The notes: generated from the sequence alone by a model not told the origin. 64,000 bases of DNA from Candidatus Angelobacter sp. Gp1-AA117 (GCA_003223515.1 QHVI01000026.1:18345-82344), one strand, 5' to 3'; counted from the stretch's first letter, positions 29,449 to 38,715 are shown. A program made the numbers and translations.

Positions 29449-31109
29449 GGAAGTCACTTCAACCCGTGTTTTTTTTGATCATTACAGTGATGAGCCTCCT
29501 TCTTTTCGGAGTAGCACACGCATGGTCATTCCAAAAAAATATTGCCGCCGAAAAACTTCTGACCGAGAGCAATGGATTTGCCACTCAGCTTGGTCCAGGA
29601 CAGCGCGCTTCTTATCTGGTTTCGCTGACTGAAGTGGCAGCTCGTATTAGACATGAGCAGACTCGGGAATGGTGTCTTGAGCAATATCGATTAGCACCGC
29701 AAATCAACGATTCCGAGTGGAACGTTGCTTCCGTTCAAAAGAATGCTATTGCGCAGCTCTCCTATGTGGATTCACGAACGGCACTGGATCTTTTGAGCGG
29801 ACTCAAACAACCACCATATCCTAATTCTCAGGGGAAGCCCAAAATGCCTCCTCCTGAAAGTCTTGCCGCAGACGCCGCGGTCACCACATTCGCCAACTAT
29901 TGGCGTTCTGAGAAAGATAAACGGTTGGCATTAGCTGGGATTGAATCCGTTGCAAAGACCATTCCCGACAGGAACGGTGGGCAGTATCCCTTTAAGGCAA
30001 TGGCTTTCCTTGTGAAAGAGCTTCTGGCCAGAAGCGAGATTCAGGAGGCGGCTGGAATTCTCAAAGATGCCCTGCGCTACTACAAAGCAGAACGAGAAAA
30101 CAAGGATAAAGACCCCCAAAAAACGTTTGGCAACACAAACCGCGAATTCTTCAAATTGCTGGAAAGTTCGCAGTATGGAGTAGACTCCGCAGAGTATCAC
30201 AATAGCTTGGACGTATTTATAAACAGCCTTCTTGAAGATATTTCCAAGCCAAATCCCAACCAGCAGATAATTGTCTATACTGCGAATGGAAGCTTTGATC
30301 TGGGATCTGAGTCGGAAGAGCTCTTGCTTCGAACTTTGGATCTCGTGGCGGTATTGGAGCCGGAATGGTACAAGAAGCTTCAGAGCGACCACCCGGAAGT
30401 CTTTCAAAATGTCGGCAAGAAATTTGAACATGTTGAACGAGGCATGAATGAAGGTGGTCCGGCCAGTCCCAATCAGAAAGCAGCGATCAGATATCAAATG
30501 GAAGAGAATGCGGCCTTCGCTAAGATCAATTTCTTGAAGCAAACAAATCCGTGGGGCGCTCTTGATATTGCTCAGAAACTCACGGATCCGGGCAAACGCT
30601 TTGCTGGATATGCGTCGGTCATTTCGAGCATGGCTGATCTCGATCCTGCCCGGGCAATAAAACTCTACTCGCAACAGTTGTCCGAGTTGAAAGAAGTGGA
30701 TGATAAAGCCAAACTTACTGCTATGGTCCAAATGGCGAAAGCTGCGTTCTACGTCAAAGATTCCAGGACATTCTCAGATCTGGTTTTGACAGTTTTGGAT
30801 TCCGGCGTTAAGGCGGTCCAAAAAAGTGCCACTGGAGACATAGACGAGCGCCATGGCTACAGCCAATTGGCTGAATTAGTGGAATTCAGCTCTGAACATG
30901 GAGAAGCTTGGGTTGAAGATTCGATTCGCGCTCTGCCGGACCCTGCTCTCAAGGCATATTTACTGATTGCCGCAGCGAAAGGTGTCATCAAATCGAGAGT
31001 TCGAGTAAATACAGAGTATGTAGAGAATGAAAGTAAGTATTCCCAACCGCAAAGTAATCCTGTTAAGACACCAGCGAAAGCGCAGGCAAAAGCCAAGCTC
31101 CCAAAGTAA
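29436..31109 (+). CDS. Exported all-alpha (helical repeat-like) protein, hypothetical
   Basis: 557 aa. N-terminal anchor/signal VFFLIITVMSLLLFGVAHA; the rest is predicted helical and no family is recognised. Alternative GTG start at 29445 overlaps the upstream stop as GTGA. Confidence 0.6.
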   Translation: MAEVRKSLQPVFFLIITVMSLLLFGVAHAWSFQKNIAAEKLLTESNGFATQLGPGQRASYLVSLTEVAARIRHEQTREWCLEQYRLAPQINDSEWNVASVQKNAIAQLSYVDSRTALDLLSGLKQPPYPNSQGKPKMPPPESLAADAAVTTFANYWRSEKDKRLALAGIESVAKTIPDRNGGQYPFKAMAFLVKELLARSEIQEAAGILKDALRYYKAERENKDKDPQKTFGNTNREFFKLLESSQYGVDSAEYHNSLDVFINSLLEDISKPNPNQQIIVYTANGSFDLGSESEELLLRTLDLVAVLEPEWYKKLQSDHPEVFQNVGKKFEHVERGMNEGGPASPNQKAAIRYQMEENAAFAKINFLKQTNPWGALDIAQKLTDPGKRFAGYASVISSMADLDPARAIKLYSQQLSELKEVDDKAKLTAMVQMAKAAFYVKDSRTFSDLVLTVLDSGVKAVQKSATGDIDERHGYSQLAELVEFSSEHGEAWVEDSIRALPDPALKAYLLIAAAKGVIKSRVRVNTEYVENESKYSQPQSNPVKTPAKAQAKAKLPK

Positions 31110-31115
31110 AAGCGA

Positions 31116-32801
31116 TTAGTCGTTAATGCAAGCGGCAATTTTTTGATTCAGTGCTACTTGTTGTTGTGCCACTGAAATTTCACCAATGAACTTATAGCAT
31201 CCAGCAATCGCGGTTATTCTGACTTTGGTGCTGTTGACTGGAATCCAACAAGCATATTTTCCGTCTACGCTCGTAGCTTCTTCCGGTATCCCCTCCGTAG
31301 TGCATGAGAATTTTGTTTTAAGCACTGGTTTGCCTTCGAGATCAACCAATTTGATTGTAAATTTTGATATCGAGAGCTTTCGATTCCCATGCTCCTCCGG
31401 ATTATATAGCGGGTATAAAGGAATCCTCACATCTTGATTGTCAGCCGCGTCTAAGATGGCTGACTTTTCCCATGAAAAATCTCTTCTTTTTGCGTAGAAA
31501 GTCACACTTTGTGTGCTAAGCAGCGCTGCGGATGAAATTTCAAATTCAAATCTATTCCCGGTTCTTTTCCGCTGGCTTCTCACGGATGAAGTTATGTTTA
31601 CATCGGATACAGCCCGGTTCTGTACATCCACAGCAACCACATGGATGTGATATTTGTGAATGATGAATGACGGGCTGATCAGATTCCCCGGAGATTGGAA
31701 ATGCCTGCCTCTTGGTATTGCCAGGTAGAGGAGCAAGAGGAGGATCACGGTATACTCAACAAAAACTCTCTTTTTTTCTTGGTTGCGATGTTTCCGAACC
31801 TGATCATATCGAACTGCAACATCCATTTTAAGTTTATCAGCTTGCTCCTTTAGTCGGGTGGCCTTTTGTTGCTCGGCCTGTGCTTCACTAAACATTTCGG
31901 ATTGTTTTTTTGATTCTTCTTTCGCTTTTTTTGCTGCAGATTCAGCCTCTATGGCCAGGAACTCGATGGCCGCGAGCCGTCCTTTAAGAACAAGAAGCGT
32001 CTTCTCATCTTCTGTAATGGAAAAATCGGTAGTCCTGATGGGAGAGGGATCGACACTTATGGTCTGCTCACTATATTTCTTGACGACTAGCCGGTCATCG
32101 CGGTTTAGGATGATGTCAAAAATATCAGGTATGACAGAGCGGGGTTTATATTGTCTCTGTGTTCCAAGATAAACTGCAATAAAGTCCGTTCTGTGATTCC
32201 CCCGTTCTTGCTCATATTTTTGAAATTCTTCAACGGGATAATTGTTCAGCAAGCCACCATCAAAAACACGTTCACCCCCAATGGACTCCGGCTTGAAGAA
32301 TATTGGTATTGAAGCACTGCAGCGCACTGCGTAGCCAGCCTCTTCATCTCGACGCTGGCCTATTGAATCGAAAACACGAACACCACCGTGCGGAGTGCAA
32401 GCAAATATCACAGCGCGTAGTGGAAGATCACGAAGGTAAACGGGATCTTGACGAAACTGCCTTTTCAGTGACTCGTCTATCCACTGTCGCAACCGCCATC
32501 CCGGATACATCCAGAAATGTAACGGAAGGTTAACAAAGAGAGCTTTGAACAACGAACAGTCTCGAAACTTGGCAAAATCGACTTCTCGTAACTCCTTTTC
32601 CAAATCATTGCCTTTTAAACCGGCAGCTAACAACACAGCTGCGATCGCCCCAGCTGAAGTTCCAACGAATGTGCTAAAGTGATAGCCATTTTCCTCAAGT
32701 GCTTGAACTACTCCAGCAAAAATAAAACCTTTGACTCCACCCCCCTTTAGGATTAATACGTCAGGAGACACTATACCTCCTCGACAACAAACACATCTCA
32801 T
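31116..32801 (-). CDS. Patatin-like phospholipase with coiled coil, single TM helix and beta-rich C-terminal domain
   Basis: 561 aa. GGGVKG (oxyanion hole), GTSAG (GxSxG nucleophile), FDGGLLNNYP (catalytic Asp). Lys/Glu-rich coiled coil (EAESAAKKAKEESKKQSE...), TM VFVEYTVILLLLLYLAIP, then ~190 aa with no recognised family. Confidence 0.85.
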   Translation of the reverse strand: MRCVCCRGGIVSPDVLILKGGGVKGFIFAGVVQALEENGYHFSTFVGTSAGAIAAVLLAAGLKGNDLEKELREVDFAKFRDCSLFKALFVNLPLHFWMYPGWRLRQWIDESLKRQFRQDPVYLRDLPLRAVIFACTPHGGVRVFDSIGQRRDEEAGYAVRCSASIPIFFKPESIGGERVFDGGLLNNYPVEEFQKYEQERGNHRTDFIAVYLGTQRQYKPRSVIPDIFDIILNRDDRLVVKKYSEQTISVDPSPIRTTDFSITEDEKTLLVLKGRLAAIEFLAIEAESAAKKAKEESKKQSEMFSEAQAEQQKATRLKEQADKLKMDVAVRYDQVRKHRNQEKKRVFVEYTVILLLLLYLAIPRGRHFQSPGNLISPSFIIHKYHIHVVAVDVQNRAVSDVNITSSVRSQRKRTGNRFEFEISSAALLSTQSVTFYAKRRDFSWEKSAILDAADNQDVRIPLYPLYNPEEHGNRKLSISKFTIKLVDLEGKPVLKTKFSCTTEGIPEEATSVDGKYACWIPVNSTKVRITAIAGCYKFIGEISVAQQQVALNQKIAACIND

Positions 32802-33022
32802 CTATGGGGTGCAAAATTGTCCGGATGAAATAACTGGGATTGCCCATGCAGGGTCGCCCTTAGCTGTGCATGTTGAAAGCCAGTTCACAATGATATCCCA
32901 GAACATGTGCGATATCGTGTTCTTTTCATTCAGATTCCTGCACCGGTCAACGTATGATTGCACCGCGCTCATTCCATTGACCTCCCCTGCTATCCGGCTT
33001 ACGATTAATACAGATTTCTCCT

Positions 33023-36000
33023 ATGTCCAAGCCCATATTTTATGACCCTGACCCTCGGCGCAGACGCTGGACTCGTCTGCGCAGGCTCTTTGATGTGCTT
33101 GGCATAACCATCACTTTTTTTATTCTTTTTTTCGTGGTCTCGGTTTTTTTCGAGCAGGAGGAGTTGCCGCGCCTCCTGGCGCCGGTGCAGAAGCATAACC
33201 TGAAGGCGCTCAAAGCCGAGCGCGAGACCCGGCGAAAGCCGAAACCCAAAGGCACACATCGTAAGACCCAGGCATCGGCCTCAGAGGTGGAACTCAATGC
33301 GGACGAAGGCATCCGTGCCGCCTATTATGTGACTTGGGATGCAGCCAGCTTCGTTTCACTCAAGGAATACTATCCCCAGATTGACATCCTCTTCCCCGAG
33401 TGGCTGCACGTAATCACCCCTGACGGGAACCTGCAGAGTGTGGATGCCGGCAACCAGCTTTTCCCTGTCATCCAGCCTAAAGCTAATGGTGTTCATTCCG
33501 TGGACGACAAGGTGATGCCGTTCTTGAAGGCGGAAAAGGCCAACGTCGATGTTTTCCCGCTGATCAACAACTTCGACCCGGTGCGGCGGGTGTGGCTTGC
33601 CGGCGTCGGCGACTTTCTGAATAACCCTGATGCGCGGCAGAATTTCCGCAACCAGGTGCTGACTTTTCTGGGCAGTGACCATTACAAAGGTGCGGCCATC
33701 GATTTTGAAGAGATTCCGCTCAAGGCCCAGCCTGGCTTTCGCGCCCTGATCAGCGAACTTGGGCGCGACCTGCACAGCCGTGGCCTCAAGCTGTATATCA
33801 ACGTGCCGGTGGCGGACAAAGATTACGACTACGCCCAGCTTGCCGAAAACTCTGACGGCCTGGTGATCATGAATTACGACCAGCACCAGACCTCCAGTGA
33901 GCCCGGCCCCATTGCCGCGCAAGACTGGTTTGTCTCCAACCTGCAGCAAGCCGTAAAAGACATTCCGAAAAACAAGATCATCTGTGGCATCGGGAGCTAC
34001 GGCTATGACTGGGCGGTTTCGCACAAGGAAAAGCATCGCGTCCTGTCGGTAAGCACAGACAATGTGCAGGAGGAATGGCTGCACGCGCGGGAATCGGAGG
34101 CGGAAATCAACTTCGATGCTGACGCGCTCAACCCCACCTTTGCCTATGTAGAAGATGAAGGTGTGGAGCACCAGGTCTGGTTTCTGGACGCGGTGACGGC
34201 GTTGAACCAGATGCGCGCTGCCCGGAACATAGGCATCCGCACCTTTGCCCTGTGGCGGCTGGGATCGGAAGATCGTTCGTTGTGGGCCATCTGGGACAAT
34301 CCCATGGAAAACAGCACGGAGGAAAAGCTGAAGAACGTCCCTGCCGGCCAGGATGTAGACCGCGAAGGTTATGGAGAGATTCTCTATGTCTCCCATCGTC
34401 CCAGCGCAGGCACGCGTGATCTGACTGTCGACCCCGTTTCCCGCCTGGTTACCTCCGAAAAGATGACCAATCTTCCGGAACCCTACGAGATTGTTCAATC
34501 CGGCGCCCAGTCCAGGAAAGTTGCGCTCACCTTTGATGACGGCCCTGACCCCGCTTACACTCCGGCGATTCTCGATATCCTTAAACGGGAGCACGCCCAG
34601 GCCACCTTCTTCCTGATCGGCATGGAGGCGCAGAAATACTCCAGCCTGGCCAGGCGCATTTACCAGGAAGGCCACGGAATCGGCAATCATACTTTCACGC
34701 ATCCTGATATCAGCGATCTCTCACGGCGGTACATGGATCTTGAGTTGAACGCCACCGAACGGCTCTTTGCCGCCAAATTGGGGGTGAAGCCCTTGTATTT
34801 CCGTCCGCCGTACTCCATTGATCAGGAGCCGGACATCGCCGAGCAGGTGCGTCCTCTGGAACTTGTGCAGAGTTCCGGCTATATCACCGTGGGCTCGAAG
34901 ATCGATCCTAACGACTGGGTAAAAGGCCATACCAGTGGCCAGATAGTCTCTGCCGTGCTTCAGCAGGCTCAAGAGGAAGCCACTCCCGGATGCGAAAACC
35001 GCGCGCCGGCCTTCTGCGGCAGCATTATCCTTCTGCATGATGGCGGCGGCGACCGCAGCGCCACGGTAAAAGCCTTGCCGCGGATCATTGAAGGACTGCG
35101 CGCAAAAGGGTTCGAAATTGTCAGTGTCGAGTCCCTTCTGGGCAAGACCCGCGCCGAGGTGATGCCGCGGGTCGGAGCCGATGAAGTCTGGTCTGCACGC
35201 CTTGATGACGTTGCGTTCACCCTGTTTGCCATCATCAGCAATTTCATCGTGCTGGTTTTCTTCGTTGGTGATGCTCTTATGACCGGACGCCTGCTGGGCA
35301 TTGGCGCTCTTGCCACCTATGACCGGCTGCGGAAACCCCCGCCTCTGCCCGGCATTGAGACCTACCGGCCGTCCGTAACCGTGATTGTTCCGGCGTATAA
35401 CGAAGAGAAGGTCATCGAACACACGGTGCGTTCAGTGCTGGCCTCCGATTACCCGCAATTGCACGTGATTGTGGTGGATGATGGCTCCAGGGATTCAACC
35501 TATTCGGTGGTAGAAAACGCATTCAAGCAAGAGATTGCGCAGGGCCGCATTCTTCTGCTCACCAAGCCCAACTCGGGAAAGGCCGATGCGCTCAACTACG
35601 CCCTGAAACACACCACCGATGAGATTTACATTGGCATGGATGCCGATACCATGATTGCTCCCAATGCCATCTCGCTATTGGTGCCTCATTTTGCTTATCC
35701 CGAAATCGGCGCGGTAGCCGGCAACGCTAAAGTCGGTAACCGCGTGAACCTCTGGACTCGCTGGCAGGCGTTGGAATACATCACCAGCCAGAATTTCGAA
35801 CGCCGTGCCTTCAACGTGCTGGGCGCGGTCAGCGTGGTTCCGGGAGCCATTGGCGCATGGCGCGTGAAAGCTGTGCAGGAGGCTGGAGGTTACCACACTG
35901 ACACGGTCGCCGAAGATGCTGACTTGACCATGCAGTTGCTGGAGAACAAGTGGAGAATCGTGAGCGAAGACCGCGCGCTGGCCTATACTGAAGCGCCCAC

Positions 36001-36520
36001 TACGGCCAAGGGCCTCATGCGCCAGCGCTTCCGCTGGTCGTTCGGCATCGCCCAGGCCGTCTGGAAGCACGGTTCATCCATCCGCAAGCGCAGCCGCCTC
36101 GGCTGGATCGCTTTGCCCAACATCGTAATCTTCCAGATCATGCTGCCTCTGGTCTCGCCCTTTATCGATCTCATGTTCTTTTTTGGCATGCTGCATTATG
36201 CAGTGATGCGGCACTTCCACCCGGAAAGCACCGACTCCAGCGACTTCATACGGCTGGTTTTTTTCTTCGTAATCTTTCTGGTGGTCGATTTCCTGGCTTC
36301 AGCGCTGGCCTTCCTGCTCGAAAGAAGGGAACGGGGGCGGGGCGAAGATCTCACCCTGCTGCTGCACCTCTGGCTGCAGAGATTCTCTTATCGCCAGCTA
36401 TTTTCCGCGGTTTTGTTCAAGACCGTAAAGAGAATGATCGATGGCAAGCCGTTCGCGTGGGACAAGCTGGAAAGGACTGCTGCTATCTCAGAAATGCATG
36501 CGCTTCGAGGGGAGTCTTAA
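33023..36520 (+). CDS. Fused GH18-like / polysaccharide deacetylase (CE4, NodB) / family-2 glycosyltransferase (PgaC/IcaA-like) membrane protein
   Basis: 1165 aa. N-terminal TM. GH18-like GAAIDFEEIP (DxE) and MNYDQH. NodB VALTFDDGPDPAYTP and IGNHTFTHPD. GT2 VIVPAYNEEKVI, VVDDGS, GMDADT, QRFRWSFG, plus C-terminal TM helices. Confidence 0.85.
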   Translation: MSKPIFYDPDPRRRRWTRLRRLFDVLGITITFFILFFVVSVFFEQEELPRLLAPVQKHNLKALKAERETRRKPKPKGTHRKTQASASEVELNADEGIRAAYYVTWDAASFVSLKEYYPQIDILFPEWLHVITPDGNLQSVDAGNQLFPVIQPKANGVHSVDDKVMPFLKAEKANVDVFPLINNFDPVRRVWLAGVGDFLNNPDARQNFRNQVLTFLGSDHYKGAAIDFEEIPLKAQPGFRALISELGRDLHSRGLKLYINVPVADKDYDYAQLAENSDGLVIMNYDQHQTSSEPGPIAAQDWFVSNLQQAVKDIPKNKIICGIGSYGYDWAVSHKEKHRVLSVSTDNVQEEWLHARESEAEINFDADALNPTFAYVEDEGVEHQVWFLDAVTALNQMRAARNIGIRTFALWRLGSEDRSLWAIWDNPMENSTEEKLKNVPAGQDVDREGYGEILYVSHRPSAGTRDLTVDPVSRLVTSEKMTNLPEPYEIVQSGAQSRKVALTFDDGPDPAYTPAILDILKREHAQATFFLIGMEAQKYSSLARRIYQEGHGIGNHTFTHPDISDLSRRYMDLELNATERLFAAKLGVKPLYFRPPYSIDQEPDIAEQVRPLELVQSSGYITVGSKIDPNDWVKGHTSGQIVSAVLQQAQEEATPGCENRAPAFCGSIILLHDGGGDRSATVKALPRIIEGLRAKGFEIVSVESLLGKTRAEVMPRVGADEVWSARLDDVAFTLFAIISNFIVLVFFVGDALMTGRLLGIGALATYDRLRKPPPLPGIETYRPSVTVIVPAYNEEKVIEHTVRSVLASDYPQLHVIVVDDGSRDSTYSVVENAFKQEIAQGRILLLTKPNSGKADALNYALKHTTDEIYIGMDADTMIAPNAISLLVPHFAYPEIGAVAGNAKVGNRVNLWTRWQALEYITSQNFERRAFNVLGAVSVVPGAIGAWRVKAVQEAGGYHTDTVAEDADLTMQLLENKWRIVSEDRALAYTEAPTTAKGLMRQRFRWSFGIAQAVWKHGSSIRKRSRLGWIALPNIVIFQIMLPLVSPFIDLMFFFGMLHYAVMRHFHPESTDSSDFIRLVFFFVIFLVVDFLASALAFLLERRERGRGEDLTLLLHLWLQRFSYRQLFSAVLFKTVKRMIDGKPFAWDKLERTAAISEMHALRGES

Positions 36521-36657
36521 GCGGCATCCTGAGTGGGCTCCTCGTCGCCGTTGAACAGCTTTTCCGCCAGGTCAAGATAGCGTTTGATCCTGCCGGTGCC
36601 ATCCCGGCTGGCTTCCTTCTGCTGCTCTTCTATCGACATAAGCCTGTGGTCTTTCAT
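36517..36657 (-). CDS. Candidate 46-aa small protein (hand-found), shares an RYLxLA motif with ORF 52795..53016
   Basis: MKDHRLMSIEEQQKEASRDGTGRIKRYLDLAEKLFNGDEEPTQDAA. Below the ORF-track size cut-off. Its stop overlaps the stop of the convergent 33023..36520 gene. Weak SD. Confidence 0.25.
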   Translation of the reverse strand: MKDHRLMSIEEQQKEASRDGTGRIKRYLDLAEKLFNGDEEPTQDAA

Positions 36658-36864
36658 TTTGCACCATCTCGCATCTGCTGATTCTCTTCCCGGTTCGGCC
36701 CGGGCTTGCCCTGTAACGTTTGATTGGATGAGATGGGCAGTAATTTTGGTTTTCCAGGCTGCTGCCTCGGGAATGTAAAAAGTCTTTCCCTTCAGGTACT
36801 TTGGTAATAGGCATCATGGAAATAAACTGCGAATGACGCACATCAACACGAAAATGCTAACGGG

Positions 36865-38715
36865 CTACTGTGCAATCGCCTTGATCATCTCCCCCAGCAT
36901 GTCCGGCTTGCCCTCGTCGCGCACCAGATGTGGAATCCTGTCTCCGCCGTGATAATCCACCTGGTAGGTGTTGTAGAACTCGGCGTTTTCGACCAGCAAT
37001 GCGATGGGCTGCTGGCTATTTATCGCGCTCTTCAGCGCCGCCCGTATCACGTCTTTGGAATACTTGCGGCCATTCACCGCAATGAGCGTCATTCCGGGAC
37101 CAATCCCGGCAGTGTATGCGGGCATTCCGGGAATTGCGTCCGTAATGGCGCCGTCTTTGGTAATGATGATCCCCAGCGAAAAGCTGAGATCGAGCGCCTC
37201 CCCTGTCTTTTCGCGCGCGTTCATCGTGCTGTTTTTCTGGTCGTTATACACCAGCTTCCATCCGCCATTTTCAATGCCGCCCGCAGGCGCATGCGGCGAC
37301 TTGGAATCAAGCCGCTCACGCAGCCACGCTCCCCAGTTAAAGGGCGCCACCTGGTTGAGGGCTGCTACTACATCTTCGAATCTGTAAGTCACCACCTGTG
37401 GCGGCCCGCTCTGCCCTCCATAGAAGAGGTGGCAGAAGTCATTCAATGATTTCTGTCCATTAGTCTTCTGCCGGATTACCGTATCCGCCTCCAGCCAGAT
37501 CAGATAGCCCTCAGGATAGTAATCAGCGGAGCGCCGCCAGTTGGTCCACTCCGGGCTGGCGTTGAAGGTGAGTTGCACTGAGGTAGCCGTGTCCTGCAGC
37601 GGACGCCATGTCCTGCCGGCACGATGATCAAGCATGGCCACCGTGTAGGCCAGGTTTTCGCGGAACTCATCTGGAGAGCGCAGCCCGGTGCGCGCCGCCA
37701 GCAGGTTCCCTAGATAGTCCGTGAGCCCTTCATACACCCACAGCAGGTCGCCCTTCATCGGCTCCTGGTAATTGGGAGTGGCCAGCCCTGCCGGACGCCG
37801 GTATTTGCCGTTCCACGAATGCACGAATTCATGCGGCAGCAGGTCAGCCTCAAGGTCATGCCAGTCGGGATCGCTGAAGGTCTCCTCCGCAGTGCCGTTG
37901 TCGCTGGATTCATGGTGCTCCAGCCCGTGATGCGCGGTCTCGTCGCTGAGCGTAAGCAGGAAGTGATATTTCTCGTAATGGCGCGCGCCGAACAGCTTCC
38001 CAGCCTCGGCCACAAGCTGTTTGTAACTGGCCAGGTCTTTGTTGGTAATCTGCAGCGCCGAATCGCTCTCCGCTACCATGTCGATCACGTGTATCGGCGT
38101 TTCCCCCGGCTTGGTCAACTCCAGCAGCCGGTAGAGCGCACCCGCAATCAATGGGGAATCCACCAGCCGCGTGAGCGTCACCGTCTGAAAGCTGGCGGTT
38201 TCTCCGGATTGCTGCGTGGGCGTGAGCGCGGTGCCGAATTTCCAGCCCGGCGGCAGCCTGACTGAGGCTGTGACCTGCACGGCATCAGTCTTCATGTTCT
38301 GCGGATACATCACCACCTGGTTCCAGAGCAGGTCCAGCACCTTTGACGACGCTGCCGAGCTCTTCCCGTTATACGTGACCGTATCGAAGGAAACCTCCAC
38401 TTCCCGCGCGCCTGCAGGCGCCTGGAGATGGAAGGCATACATGTCCACCAGATCGCGCTGCCACTCCAGCTCTTTGCCGCCCGCCTTGATGTGCAGCCCC
38501 ATCACGTTGTGAATCGGCCCTGTCGGACGGTGGTTCCCCGGAATCCACTTGGGATACACCAGCGTGACCGGCCCCGGATTTACGGGAATGGTTACAGTGG
38601 AGTGCAGGATGTTGCGGGGTGCATCGGTAGCATCAACGGCCAGCCGTTCGTTTACTGTCTGGGCAGCCGCAAGCGAGCTGAGCAGCAGGATCGCAAAGAA
38701 ACAGGGGAAGCGCAT
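36865..38715 (-). CDS. M61 family metallopeptidase (glycyl aminopeptidase-like) with PDZ domain
   Basis: 616 aa. Signal peptide, HEFVHSWNGKY (HExxH + WN typical of M61), C-terminal PDZ-like GMPAYTAGIGPGMTLIAVNG. Confidence 0.85.
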   Translation of the reverse strand: MRFPCFFAILLLSSLAAAQTVNERLAVDATDAPRNILHSTVTIPVNPGPVTLVYPKWIPGNHRPTGPIHNVMGLHIKAGGKELEWQRDLVDMYAFHLQAPAGAREVEVSFDTVTYNGKSSAASSKVLDLLWNQVVMYPQNMKTDAVQVTASVRLPPGWKFGTALTPTQQSGETASFQTVTLTRLVDSPLIAGALYRLLELTKPGETPIHVIDMVAESDSALQITNKDLASYKQLVAEAGKLFGARHYEKYHFLLTLSDETAHHGLEHHESSDNGTAEETFSDPDWHDLEADLLPHEFVHSWNGKYRRPAGLATPNYQEPMKGDLLWVYEGLTDYLGNLLAARTGLRSPDEFRENLAYTVAMLDHRAGRTWRPLQDTATSVQLTFNASPEWTNWRRSADYYPEGYLIWLEADTVIRQKTNGQKSLNDFCHLFYGGQSGPPQVVTYRFEDVVAALNQVAPFNWGAWLRERLDSKSPHAPAGGIENGGWKLVYNDQKNSTMNAREKTGEALDLSFSLGIIITKDGAITDAIPGMPAYTAGIGPGMTLIAVNGRKYSKDVIRAALKSAINSQQPIALLVENAEFYNTYQVDYHGGDRIPHLVRDEGKPDMLGEMIKAIAQ

